Shown here piece after piece: positions 1-7,924 of a stretch of 34,829 nucleotides of DNA. The position numbers and the translations under genes are program-made. The notes beneath the pieces are model-generated. The model was not told the origin of the DNA, did no database searches, and saw nothing but the letters and a program-made list of their open reading frames with translations. Source of the stretch: an uncultured Spirochaetaceae bacterium (GTDB lineage: Bacteria > Spirochaetota > Spirochaetia > SZUA-6 > DRHE01). Where the stretch lies: assembly GCA_964551205.1 (NCBI GenBank), contig CAZKCQ010000004.1, positions 1 through 34,829 on the forward strand, given 5' to 3'. Each line of letters starts with the position of its first letter. The first letter of the stretch is position 1.

Positions 1-385
1 AAGCGGCGATTGTGTTTCCGGCCTGAAATTCTTCCCAAAACCCGATCACGCTGTTTACCACGAGTAAGGATAGGATGATGGCAAAGTCTTCCCAGTGTCC
101 GACTATCGCCGAAAGAACGGCAGCTACCTCGATCATCCAGGGAATTGGACCCCAGAAATAGGAGAGGAATTTGAGAACAGGATTCACCTTTTTTTCCGGA
201 AGTTCGTTGTATCCGTATTCCGACAATCTGCCGGCAGCATCGTTGGTCGCCAGACCGTCGGTGGAAAAACCCAAGCGCTTCTTCAGATCCGGCAAGGGCA
301 TTTCTGCCAATTTCTTGGCCGCGACCAGCGTCGCCTCAGCTTGCGAATGAGCTTGTTTTGTTTGCGGGCGTTTCTTGTCGACCAT
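1..385 (-). CDS. P-type cation ATPase, type IIIA (plasma-membrane H+-ATPase-like), N-terminal 128 codons; gene continues past the left edge
   Basis: Not in the ORF track because it has no in-window stop. The reverse complement of 385..2 reads MVDKKRPQTKQAHSQAEATLVAAKKLAEMPLPDLKKRLGFSTDGLATNDAAGRLSEYGYNELPEKKVNPVLKFLSYFWGPIPWMIEVAAVLSAIVGHWEDFAIILSLLVVNSVIGFWEEFQAGNTIAA. The segments GLxxxxAxxRLxxYGxNEL.EKK, KFLxxFWxPxxWxxExAA and DFxxIxxLLxxNSxIxFxEExxAGN match the N-terminus/TM1-TM2 of H+-ATPase-type pumps such as plant AHA. GGAGGGAG lies 3 nt upstream of the ATG. The plus-strand ORF 95..388 is its antisense shadow. Confidence 0.8.
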   Translation of the reverse strand, partial: MVDKKRPQTKQAHSQAEATLVAAKKLAEMPLPDLKKRLGFSTDGLATNDAAGRLSEYGYNELPEKKVNPVLKFLSYFWGPIPWMIEVAAVLSAIVGHWEDFAIILSLLVVNSVIGFWEEFQAGNTIAA

Positions 386-499
386 TGACTCCCTCCATCA
401 ACTTTCCGGCAGAACGTACTAAAGAATGAATCAATACTTTCCAGTTTTGCGCTGGGATTTCGTTCAATAATCTCTCTCTTCGTAGCCTGACCTTTTCGT

Positions 500-528
500 A
501 GAGTAGATAACAAACTATTTGCTGTCAA
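500..528 (-). promoter_or_regulatory. Candidate sigma70-type promoter of the P-type ATPase gene
   Basis: On the minus strand: TTGACA (complement of 523..528), 17 nt spacer, TACTCT (complement of 500..505). It lies about 115 nt upstream of ATG 385. Sequence match only. Confidence 0.3.
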
Positions 529-751
529 CAAGGTGATAGCAAACGAGAGAATCATGTGTTTACTGTAATTCGTACCTGGATAAAAGTCTTGAGATTCAGC
601 CGTATTATTTGGCGATGCCGTTTAAGGTTTACCTGGAAGTGGAGAATTCCACACTTCGTCATTCCGCCCAGGCTATCTTATGAAATTGTAATGTTCATGT
701 AAGGGGGGAGTAACTATTCAGTGGTAATTTAGCAGAAAATAGAGGTAAAGA

Positions 752-1051
752 ATGGACAGAAGCGAGTATCTTGTGGTCATCGAAAACGGATTGGAACGTT
801 CTCTCCGTAAAAGTTTATATGAAGCGCTCAAGTGGATTGAGGATCTTCCGGCGGATACGAATATCGAATGTTCGAAAAAAATCTCCGCTTATGTAGAGCT
901 TCTTTCCTTCATACTGTCGTTTTCGGAATCGCTCGGGTCCATGCAGAGACTGGTCTTGGCCAGCATGAAGAAGAGAAACGTGCTACTGAAACGACCGCGC
1001 TTCGAAAAAGCAACAGGGGCTGCAGGATTAGGAAGAAAAGATATCCTCTAG
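752..1051 (+). CDS. Hypothetical small protein (99 aa), possibly non-coding
   Basis: AGAGG lies 6 nt upstream of the ATG and the amino-acid composition is balanced. No family recognised. It is the only plus-strand ORF in the low-GC zone between the ATPase promoter and the transposase relic. Confidence 0.3.
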   Translation: MDRSEYLVVIENGLERSLRKSLYEALKWIEDLPADTNIECSKKISAYVELLSFILSFSESLGSMQRLVLASMKKRNVLLKRPRFEKATGAAGLGRKDIL

Positions 1052-1258
1052 CATGATGTTTCGGTACTGGCGGCTGTTGGTACCGGCAGTTGTTCTGTGT
1101 TTTATCGCCTAGACGACGGTAAGGAATATATATCAGATTCATCATGCACGATCGTACCTCCCGCCGGTACTTCGCAATACTGTGTATTCAATAATGTCAT
1201 TCAAGTTCACTCAAGCTCACCCAATACGCGCTGTCAAACCAGAATAGAAATGCCCCCT

Positions 1259-1957
1259 CTAGGTGTTCATAGAAATATACTCAGCTAATCGTCTACCCAT
1301 CCGAACCTTCTGCAGGACTTGAGGGTTGATCTCTTCATAAGGCACCTCTTTTTTCTGGTACAGGATATGGATTGACCCATCCAGCCACCCGGCAACGATT
1401 ACTTTCGTTTTAGGACGGATGTCGAGCTTTTTATCCTGATGCAACTGGAAGGTTCGATTGTTATATTGCACCACCCAGTCGTTGCTCACCGTGCGGGTTT
1501 CTTCAAAGCAGAAGATTCTTCGTAGGTCCACCCGCTTGTGGATCTTCACATGCGCGTCCTGGGGATCGATCGCTGGGACGGTAAACCGAGGATTCAGATC
1601 CTCCACAAACCCGCCCTCCAGCACATCATTCGCTGCATCGATGCTGCTGATACCCTGCAGCCGCAGCTCTTTCACAAACCGATCCTGAAACACCCCATGC
1701 CGGCGTTCCACCCGTCCTTTGGCTTGAGGGCTATAGGCGGTGATGATCTCAATCCCCAGTTTCTCACAGGCTTTCCCAAAGGCGGTCAGGGCCATCGGAT
1801 GCCGATCTCGATATTCAGGATCCACTCGCCGAGCTTTCGTATTCCTCAAACCGTGAAGTGGGATAGAACGGCTATCAGGGTAAATCCAAGAATCCGAAGG
1901 GGCAAGGGAATTGAAGTGATGAATTGAATCAACTTCTCCACCCGATAATCCTAACAC
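1259..1957 (-). pseudogene. 5'-truncated DDE/rve transposase relic (ISNCY-/IS481-like)
   Basis: The ORF encodes only the C-terminal half of an integrase-core transposase: ..WIYPDSRSI.. (region of the second catalytic D) and AYSPQAKGRVERRHGVFQDRFVKELRL (SPQxKGxxER motif with the catalytic E). The HTH and first-Asp regions are absent. Nothing transposase-like appears in any frame of 1958..2265, and no terminal inverted repeats were recognised. Confidence 0.7.
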
Positions 1958-2265
1958 CGACTATATTATCATGATCCGCGCTGTGGTTGTACTGATCAGC
2001 CGAAGCTGGTGCTGAAAGCCGCTTTGATGAAATTGGTCATGAGGATCAGTCCGATGACATTTCCGAGGATTGTGTTTCTCCCGGGGTCTGCCAAAAGATG
2101 TAGTTAACGATCTACCTCCCTCGCCAATAGGGCATCAGTAAATCCAACACACAAGCGTTTCTATTTCCCCTAAGAATTCCCACGCGGATTCCCGCCCGAG
2201 AATTTGCGTGGAACTGTGCATCAAGCATAGCAACGACGCAGAAGCTTGCAGGACATCCCCGCTCC

Positions 2266-3204
2266 TCATAGCATCTTACCTCCCGCCTGTACGTCACTCT
2301 CCCGCCTGACCGGCTCACCAGATACTGTTTCCGTATGACTGCTCTTTCCAAACGTAAGCACAGAAACCCCGCAAAGAATCAGAGCAACCCCGGTCCACTG
2401 GAGGGGACGGAGGGGCTCCCGGAAGATCAGGACTCCCCCCAGAATCGGTATGAGAATGTAAGCGCTGTTAAATGAGGGAATCAAACGAATCGCCTCGCCG
2501 TAACTGTATGAAAGCTGCAACACGAGTGTAGACAACAGGGACAAAGCGATCCAGGCCGCAGCATATGGATTGGCAAAGACGTGCAACAGGGGAAGAAGCA
2601 CCGGAATTACAGACAGCCTGGCGGTGTCCGGAGGGGAATCGCCGAGGTGAAAGAACGCGGCGGCCCGACCCAAGGCTGAGGTAGATATCTTCTGAAACAA
2701 GATCACGAATCCCCCGAGAGTACCGGCAATCCCGGCCAGCAGGATGCCGCGTATTGGTTTTCTCCTGCGGAAGATGAGGATCAGAACGACGAAAGCAAGC
2801 AGGATGGAACCCAGGAAGTAGAACAGATGTTCGATAACCAGCCGGGTAGCGGGCGGTTCCTGGTACACGCTGGCTAGAAGGAATGGGGCGGTCATGACGC
2901 AGACAACGCCTAGAATTTCCCGGCGTCCCACCCTCTCCTTCATCATGAGCACGGACAGAACCGTTACTGCGACGAGGCCGGTGCCTGCCATCGCCCCAAC
3001 GATCAGCACACTCCCGAGGCTGACCGCGTAGAGGATGAGAAACGAGGAGGTCGAAGTCGCAGCCGAGGCGGCCAGCCATACTACCGTTCCCCTTGCTCGA
3101 CTGCTCTTCATGGCCTCGAGCCCGACTTTTTGGAAGGTCTTGCCGAGATCGAGCATCGAATAGGCGAGAAAAGCTATCAGTATGGAAAGAACATGGGCTC
3201 CCAC
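2266..3204 (-). CDS. Polytopic membrane protein, DMT superfamily-like (EamA/NIPA-type) transporter
   Basis: 312 aa with a GTG start and about 10 hydrophobic helices in two halves (e.g. HVLSILIAFLAYSML, GSVLIVGAMAGTGLVAVTVLSVLMM, LQWTGVALILCGVSVLTF). The family is assigned from topology and composition only. The frame stays open upstream of 3204 but contains no ATG/GTG/TTG. Confidence 0.55.
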   Translation of the reverse strand: MGAHVLSILIAFLAYSMLDLGKTFQKVGLEAMKSSRARGTVVWLAASAATSTSSFLILYAVSLGSVLIVGAMAGTGLVAVTVLSVLMMKERVGRREILGVVCVMTAPFLLASVYQEPPATRLVIEHLFYFLGSILLAFVVLILIFRRRKPIRGILLAGIAGTLGGFVILFQKISTSALGRAAAFFHLGDSPPDTARLSVIPVLLPLLHVFANPYAAAWIALSLLSTLVLQLSYSYGEAIRLIPSFNSAYILIPILGGVLIFREPLRPLQWTGVALILCGVSVLTFGKSSHTETVSGEPVRRESDVQAGGKML

Positions 3205-3346
3205 TATCCAGGGTACCCCGTAAACATAACGCCGCCTCCCGTCGTCGATGATCTGCTGGTTCGATTCTATTGCCAGGACTCCGGTCAGCGACTGTAATGC
3301 GGCATAGCACCAGGTCAGACCGTTCGCTCCCCCACGTCGAGCCGGT

Positions 3347-4276
3347 CTACGGCCGGGCTCCGATCGTACAGCCTTTACCGTTGTGGTTTTCTACAATCTT
3401 CACGCAATCTTCGGTTTGGAATTTAACCACTCCGGAGTAAAAAACCGCCATCACGTTTTCCAGAAGTGCCTCATCATCATCGAGCAAATCGACCTTAAGT
3501 CCTTTAGATGCGGCCAGAGATTGCCCTATCGGCCGCAGGCTGCTGAGGAAACGCCGACTATCCGCTAGCCAGGCGGCAATGCCTTCCGCCCTCTGGGCCG
3601 CATTCTCCTCACCTCTGAACATGTAGCTCTCCAGCCAGGTTTTCGCCAGACTTTGGCTGATCTGTATTTGGGTCTTACAGGTCGCCAGCAGTCCAGGCGG
3701 ATAGGATTTGAGCTTTTCAACCCATAGAACGGGATCGTTCTTCTTGTTGTTGATATTCTGCTGGGCGATGGAATGCTCATTGATGATGTTTTGGGCGGAC
3801 GCAGAATAGGCCCCGCCCTGATGGGTCCAGTTCACGACAGGGTCGATCGGACCCAAAGCCGAATGCTCGCCCAATACGATCTGGTCTGCCGCGCAGCACA
3901 GAAGTGTAGCTGTTGATAGTGCGCAGAGCGGTACAATGACTCGGATATGATCGTAGCGGCGGCGCAGGTACAACACGATCTGTTCTGTCGCCTCCACTGA
4001 GCCGCCGGGGCTGTGCACAACCAGATCCAGTTCACGACCCTCTATTCCCGAGGAGGCTGCCATGAAACAGCTCGCGTCCTGCCGGTTTATCTGCAGGATC
4101 CTGCCTGTTGACTCCTTCTCCGTGAAAGCGGAGGCATAGAGGATCGTTGCCCGATTTGTGTGCTTGTAAAGCTTCTTGAGGTATTTCTTGAGCACATAAT
4201 CCCGGGAGCTTTCCACCCTCCGGGACTGTACTTCGCTATTAACGTCTTGCAGGGAAAGTAACATAGGAATCACCAC
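3347..4276 (-). CDS. ClpP/SppA-fold serine protease, SDH ('serine dehydrogenase proteinase')/S49-like family
   Basis: LDLVVHSPGGSVEATEQIV ... VIVPLCALSTATLLCCAADQIVLGEHSALGPIDP resembles the oxyanion-loop and nucleophile region of SDH/S49 Clp-fold proteases. The GTG start shares 1 nt (4276) with the TAG of the upstream TPR-like gene. ATG at 4264 is an alternative start. No signal peptide. Confidence 0.6.
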   Translation of the reverse strand: MVIPMLLSLQDVNSEVQSRRVESSRDYVLKKYLKKLYKHTNRATILYASAFTEKESTGRILQINRQDASCFMAASSGIEGRELDLVVHSPGGSVEATEQIVLYLRRRYDHIRVIVPLCALSTATLLCCAADQIVLGEHSALGPIDPVVNWTHQGGAYSASAQNIINEHSIAQQNINNKKNDPVLWVEKLKSYPPGLLATCKTQIQISQSLAKTWLESYMFRGEENAAQRAEGIAAWLADSRRFLSSLRPIGQSLAASKGLKVDLLDDDEALLENVMAVFYSGVVKFQTEDCVKIVENHNGKGCTIGARP

Positions 4277-5172
4277 TACTGCCAGGACTCGAGCACTTCG
4301 CTGGCTTCCTGCAGGTCGTCGTTCTGGCTGTCGGTGCGGCCGGACAAACCCTGCAGCTCCCGGATGACCCAGTTGATCAGCCCCAGGGCTTCCTCCCGGT
4401 CGGACATATCTTTCAGGGATACGGTCGCTTCGTAATAGAAGTTCTTCTCCATCGGATCGGAGATCGACCGGTACTTGCTCTCCTTTCTGGCCTGCTCCCG
4501 TGCACGTTTGCCGGCTGTATAGTTTCGTTCCCAGAGATGTTTGGCCATCTCCGTGTAGAAATCGTAATTGATCTTCTGCTCTATCCCGGCCCTGACCTGC
4601 TGTTCATGCAGATCGATGGACTTCCTGCCCAGGGATACGGCGTAGTCCTTGTCGCCGAAGGATACGGGGAAACCGGGAACCTGTTCGAAGAGCTGACCCA
4701 GCACGTAGAAGGAATCGGCATGTTCCGGTTCCACGGCCACGGCCTGCTGGAGAAGGTCCCGCATGGGTTTTGCCTTGAACAGGGAATTGAGAATGCCCTT
4801 AACCTGTCCCCAGCGTCCGATATTTGCGGACTTCCAGTAGTAACCGAGGTGGTTGTTCGGATCCGCCTCGATCGCCTTCTGCGCCTCCGCTTCCCCGCTC
4901 TCGAAGTAAGCTAAAAGCGCCTCCCCCTGGGTGCCGCTGTCCTCCGCTTCATCACCGAGGTTCAGCCAGGCCCGGGCCAGCCGCCAGTGAAGCTCGGCCT
5001 GCTGGTCGTCGCTTGTGGCCTCAGCCAGTGACGATTCGATCAGGCTCTTGGTCTGTTCGTACTTCTCCGCCTCGTGGAGCTGATCCACCCTGTCGAGGAT
5101 GTCCTGAAAATCCGCCATACCCAACGGCACGATGATAAGCAAAAGGGCCAATAATATCCCCAGTCTTTTCAT
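4276..5172 (-). CDS. Secreted TPR/Sel1-like helical-repeat protein
   Basis: 298 aa with signal peptide MKRLGILLALLLIIVPLGMA/DF. The body is acidic and helical with repeat-like W/Y/L/A patterns (ELHWRLARAWLNLGD, LGYYWKSANIGRWG, SFYVLGQLFEQV). AGGAGG lies 8 nt upstream of ATG 5172. Confidence 0.6.
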   Translation of the reverse strand: MKRLGILLALLLIIVPLGMADFQDILDRVDQLHEAEKYEQTKSLIESSLAEATSDDQQAELHWRLARAWLNLGDEAEDSGTQGEALLAYFESGEAEAQKAIEADPNNHLGYYWKSANIGRWGQVKGILNSLFKAKPMRDLLQQAVAVEPEHADSFYVLGQLFEQVPGFPVSFGDKDYAVSLGRKSIDLHEQQVRAGIEQKINYDFYTEMAKHLWERNYTAGKRAREQARKESKYRSISDPMEKNFYYEATVSLKDMSDREEALGLINWVIRELQGLSGRTDSQNDDLQEASEVLESWQ

Positions 5173-5214
5173 GTTCTGTTCCTCCTTTCTCTGCCCCCAA
5201 GGGGAGTAGAGCCA

Positions 5215-5244
5215 ATGCTACGGTACAGCTTTCATCGGTGTCAA
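5215..5244 (-). promoter_or_regulatory. Candidate promoter of the TPR-like/protease/DMT unit
   Basis: On the minus strand: TTGACA (complement of 5239..5244), 18 nt spacer, TAGCAT (complement of 5215..5220). It lies about 40 nt upstream of ATG 5172, in the 142-nt gap after the DUF1638 gene. Confidence 0.3.
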
Positions 5245-5314
5245 GCATTCGCATTGCTTTCGCGCGAGGGCCGAAATTTTTGAGTAAAACCGCGGCAGTA
5301 CTTTTACAGCGAAC

Positions 5315-6043
5315 CTACCGGGCGTATAGTCGGTTGGAAAGAGGATCGAAAGCAACCTTCTTGCCCGGTTCGATCATCAGAAAATCATCACTATCCCACT
5401 CGCCGTTCACAAAACGTTCGAGGAGATCGGGACTTCCGCAATGCTCTTCGTATTTCAAGTTTCGATTCAAGCGGTTGCTTAGGTTGCTTTGGCACTCCCG
5501 AGTGTACTGCTTAGTTCTCCTGGCCACCTGCTCACCAAGCTCTTCCCAGTAGATGCAGGCCAGATGCGTATAATTTTCCATCAGAACCTGTTCAACCACC
5601 TCTCTCGAACTCTCGTCGATCGGGCGGCCATAGAAGTTCCGGTATTTCTCCAGATAGTCGCTTCCTCCCGGCAGCGGGAATCCCTCAATCCATCCGTATG
5701 AATACCAGAAGATCCCGGGCCTACCCGCAACCAGTTGAATATGCCGCTGTTTGTCGCCTAAAAGGAGCGGAATACAGTCGGAGCAATTGTGCATCACCGT
5801 GGGCAGACCTGGGTGGAAGAGGTCGAGGATTCCTTTTCCACACAAACCATAGTTGAGCAGAACAAAGTCGTAATCCGTGGAATCGATTCTACCAAGAGCT
5901 TCTATAAGAGTCCTCTGAAGCTTATTCGGAAACTCGTGAAGACCCTGATCAATGAACTCGACATCTATCAAATTCGGCGAGCGGGATACGGCAAATTGGA
6001 GCTCGCGTCTCATCACAGCACAGGAAATTATTTTCAGCCGCAT
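5315..6043 (-). CDS. DUF1638-like protein (corrinoid-methyltransferase-associated family)
   Basis: 242 aa. The start MRLKIISCAVMRREL, then NYGLCGKG and HNCSDCIPLLLG, match my memory of DUF1638 proteins. Cysteines lie at 8, 68, 87 and 90. The gene starts 27 nt after the permease stop with AAGG upstream. Being a CDS is secure; the family call is from memory only. Confidence 0.6.
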   Translation of the reverse strand: MRLKIISCAVMRRELQFAVSRSPNLIDVEFIDQGLHEFPNKLQRTLIEALGRIDSTDYDFVLLNYGLCGKGILDLFHPGLPTVMHNCSDCIPLLLGDKQRHIQLVAGRPGIFWYSYGWIEGFPLPGGSDYLEKYRNFYGRPIDESSREVVEQVLMENYTHLACIYWEELGEQVARRTKQYTRECQSNLSNRLNRNLKYEEHCGSPDLLERFVNGEWDSDDFLMIEPGKKVAFDPLSNRLYAR

Positions 6044-6070
6044 AGTTCGCCTTCGTTTCGCAGGGTGAGA

Positions 6071-6910
6071 TTATTGCCCGGCCAGGGATCCTGCAATCAA
6101 ACCCTGAACGAGGTACCGCTGGGCGAAGATGTACAGAATGAGCATAGGCGCTGTCGCCACAGCCATCCCCGACATGATGAGAGGAATATTGATACTGAAC
6201 CTCCCGTGGAACAAAGCCAGGCCGACCATCAGAGTACGCAGTTTTTCCCGCTGCAGAAAGATAAGAGCGACCAGTAGCTCGTTCCAGACATAGAGGGAGC
6301 AAACCACGAACATCGAAAGAAGGATGGGTTTGGACAAGGGTAGCATGATACGCAGGAAGATTCCGAAGCTTCCGCACCCGTCGATAAGGGCGGAGTCAAT
6401 CAGGGGCTGCGGAATGGTTACAAAGAAACTTCGCAATAGATACATGGAAAAGGGGAGAAACATCCCGATGTAGACAATGATTGCTGATGGGTAGGTGTTA
6501 ACCAAACGAACCCTCGCCATGAGCACGAACAGCGGGATAATCATTACAATCGTCGGGATGACCATTAATGCTATTGATGAGTTAATCAGTAACTTTTTTC
6601 CGGGAAAATACATCTTGCTTAAAGCATAAGAGGCCAGAGCACTGATGAAAAGGCAGATAACCACGGTTGTAGCGGTGAGAAGAAGACTGTTGTAGAACCA
6701 TCTTAAGAAGTTCGGTGTAGTGAAAATCTGTGAGAAATTGGCAAAAACCAGTGACGGAGGGAGGGACAGGGGATTATCCGCATAGGCCGATCTGCTCTTC
6801 AAGGCGTTTGTGAAAATGTAGTAGATCGGATAACAGGTCACCACTGCCATGAATAGCAGGAGTAACTGTTTCACGCCATATCCGACCGCTGATTTAATAT
6901 TTATTCTCAT
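6071..6910 (-). CDS. ABC transporter permease, CUT1 MalG-like (importer copy 1)
   Basis: 279 aa, 6 TM. EAA loop LIDSALIDGCGSFGIFLRIMLPLSKP, and WNELLVALIFLQREKLRTLMVGL is shared with the other three MalG-like permeases in the window. Confidence 0.9.
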   Translation of the reverse strand: MRINIKSAVGYGVKQLLLLFMAVVTCYPIYYIFTNALKSRSAYADNPLSLPPSLVFANFSQIFTTPNFLRWFYNSLLLTATTVVICLFISALASYALSKMYFPGKKLLINSSIALMVIPTIVMIIPLFVLMARVRLVNTYPSAIIVYIGMFLPFSMYLLRSFFVTIPQPLIDSALIDGCGSFGIFLRIMLPLSKPILLSMFVVCSLYVWNELLVALIFLQREKLRTLMVGLALFHGRFSINIPLIMSGMAVATAPMLILYIFAQRYLVQGLIAGSLAGQ

Positions 6911-6932
6911 CGCTCCCTCTTCACACCAAGCA

Positions 6933-7850
6933 TCAGTATTCCTCCGCCAATTTTTCCCGGAATCTGTAGGAAATAACGATGAAAATAATGGTAATGATGA
7001 GCAGGATCACCGCGGCTACGGTAGCATGGCCCATGCGGTTGTAGTGGAAAGCCTCTTTGTAGATGTAGAACTCGGTGATCCAGGTCTTGTACCCAGGTCC
7101 ACCGTTTGTCATCACGAAGATGAAGGCGAAAATCTGGCTCAACATCACGATGATGTTCAAGGTCACGAAAAACTCGATCACCGTGCCAAGTTCCGGAATG
7201 ATGATTTTCCCGAATCTTCTCCACCAGCCGGCGCCGTCGATTCGAGCCGCTTCGATGATCCCTTCAGACATGGAGCTCAATCGAGCTAAAAACAGGATGA
7301 CCCCGAATCCGGTCTGCCGCCAGATAATGACCGCTGATATTGTCGGCAGTGCCCAACTCGGATCTACGATCCACTGTTTCTTTATGAAACCCAGCCCAAC
7401 AAGAGTGAGGATCTGATTGAAACCGCCGTTCAGGGAGAAAAAATTCGACATCGCGAATCCGATGGCCACGATCGGGATCACATAAGGTGTAAGTACCAGG
7501 CTTCTGTAGACCTTCCAACCGTGTACGTGGTCGTTGATAACCACCGCAAGTACAAGAGCGATCAAGGTCATGACGGGAACGTTCATTAGCAATAGAATGT
7601 TGTGGTATAACGATTGGAAGAACCGTTCATCCTGGAACACGAGGCGATAATTGCGCAATCCGACAAATTGCCTCGGAGTTTTCAAAAAATCCAGCAGGCT
7701 GAAGCGGCATACCTCCACCACCGGGTAGAAATAGATGAATCCTATTACCAGAAATGCCGGGAGAAGATAGGTGAATGGTTTAAGCGAAAATCTGCTTCCC
7801 CGCAGCAGTGGATTTGATGCGAACCTGTTCATTATTGATAATTTGGGCAC
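6933..7850 (-). CDS. ABC transporter permease, CUT1 MalF-like (importer copy 1)
   Basis: 305 aa. EAA loop IIEAARIDGAGWWRRFGKIIIPEL. GTG start with GGAGGAGGG 9 nt upstream; ATG 7832 is an alternative start. Confidence 0.9.
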   Translation of the reverse strand: MPKLSIMNRFASNPLLRGSRFSLKPFTYLLPAFLVIGFIYFYPVVEVCRFSLLDFLKTPRQFVGLRNYRLVFQDERFFQSLYHNILLLMNVPVMTLIALVLAVVINDHVHGWKVYRSLVLTPYVIPIVAIGFAMSNFFSLNGGFNQILTLVGLGFIKKQWIVDPSWALPTISAVIIWRQTGFGVILFLARLSSMSEGIIEAARIDGAGWWRRFGKIIIPELGTVIEFFVTLNIIVMLSQIFAFIFVMTNGGPGYKTWITEFYIYKEAFHYNRMGHATVAAVILLIITIIFIVISYRFREKLAEEY

Positions 7851-7856
7851 AATGAG

Positions 7857-7888
7857 ATTCCCTCCTCCTTTCTATCGGAGGAGGGAAT
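7857..7888 (-). promoter_or_regulatory. 12-bp stem-loop between SBP1 and its permease gene that sequesters the permease SD
   Basis: ATTCCCTCCTCC (7857..7868) pairs perfectly with GGAGGAGGGAAT (7877..7888) around an 8-nt loop. On the mRNA the 3' arm is the GGAGGAGGG Shine-Dalgarno of the gene starting at 7850. Confidence 0.55.
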
Positions 7889-7924
7889 GCTCATATTAAT
7901 CAAGCGATTTCCAATACAGATAAC

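Noticed and set aside
95-388. 97-aa plus-strand ORF, together with the 90-aa minus-strand ORF 283..555
   Set aside because: Both overlap the strongly supported P-type ATPase reading frame (385..1, minus). Their compositions are odd and they have no SD. They are antisense or off-frame shadows.
781-800. AACGTT-containing sequence TTGGAACGTTCTCT inside ORF 752..1051 as a seventh operator
   Set aside because: It lacks the outer TG..CA arms, lies within a possible coding region, and is not associated with a promoter.
1986-2110. Short minus-strand reading ..TSFGRPGRNTILGNVIGLILMTNFIKAAFSTSFG* that resembles a membrane-protein C-terminus
   Set aside because: There is no start codon after the in-frame TGA, it is only about 45 codons long, and I cannot assign a family. 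It is mentioned only as possible gene debris, not as a feature.
2468-3310. 280-aa minus-strand ORF overlapping the DMT gene in another frame
   Set aside because: It is Arg/Pro/Ser/Gly-rich with no hydrophobic helices, while the overlapping frame encodes a coherent 10-helix membrane protein. This is a typical off-frame artefact of GC-rich coding DNA.
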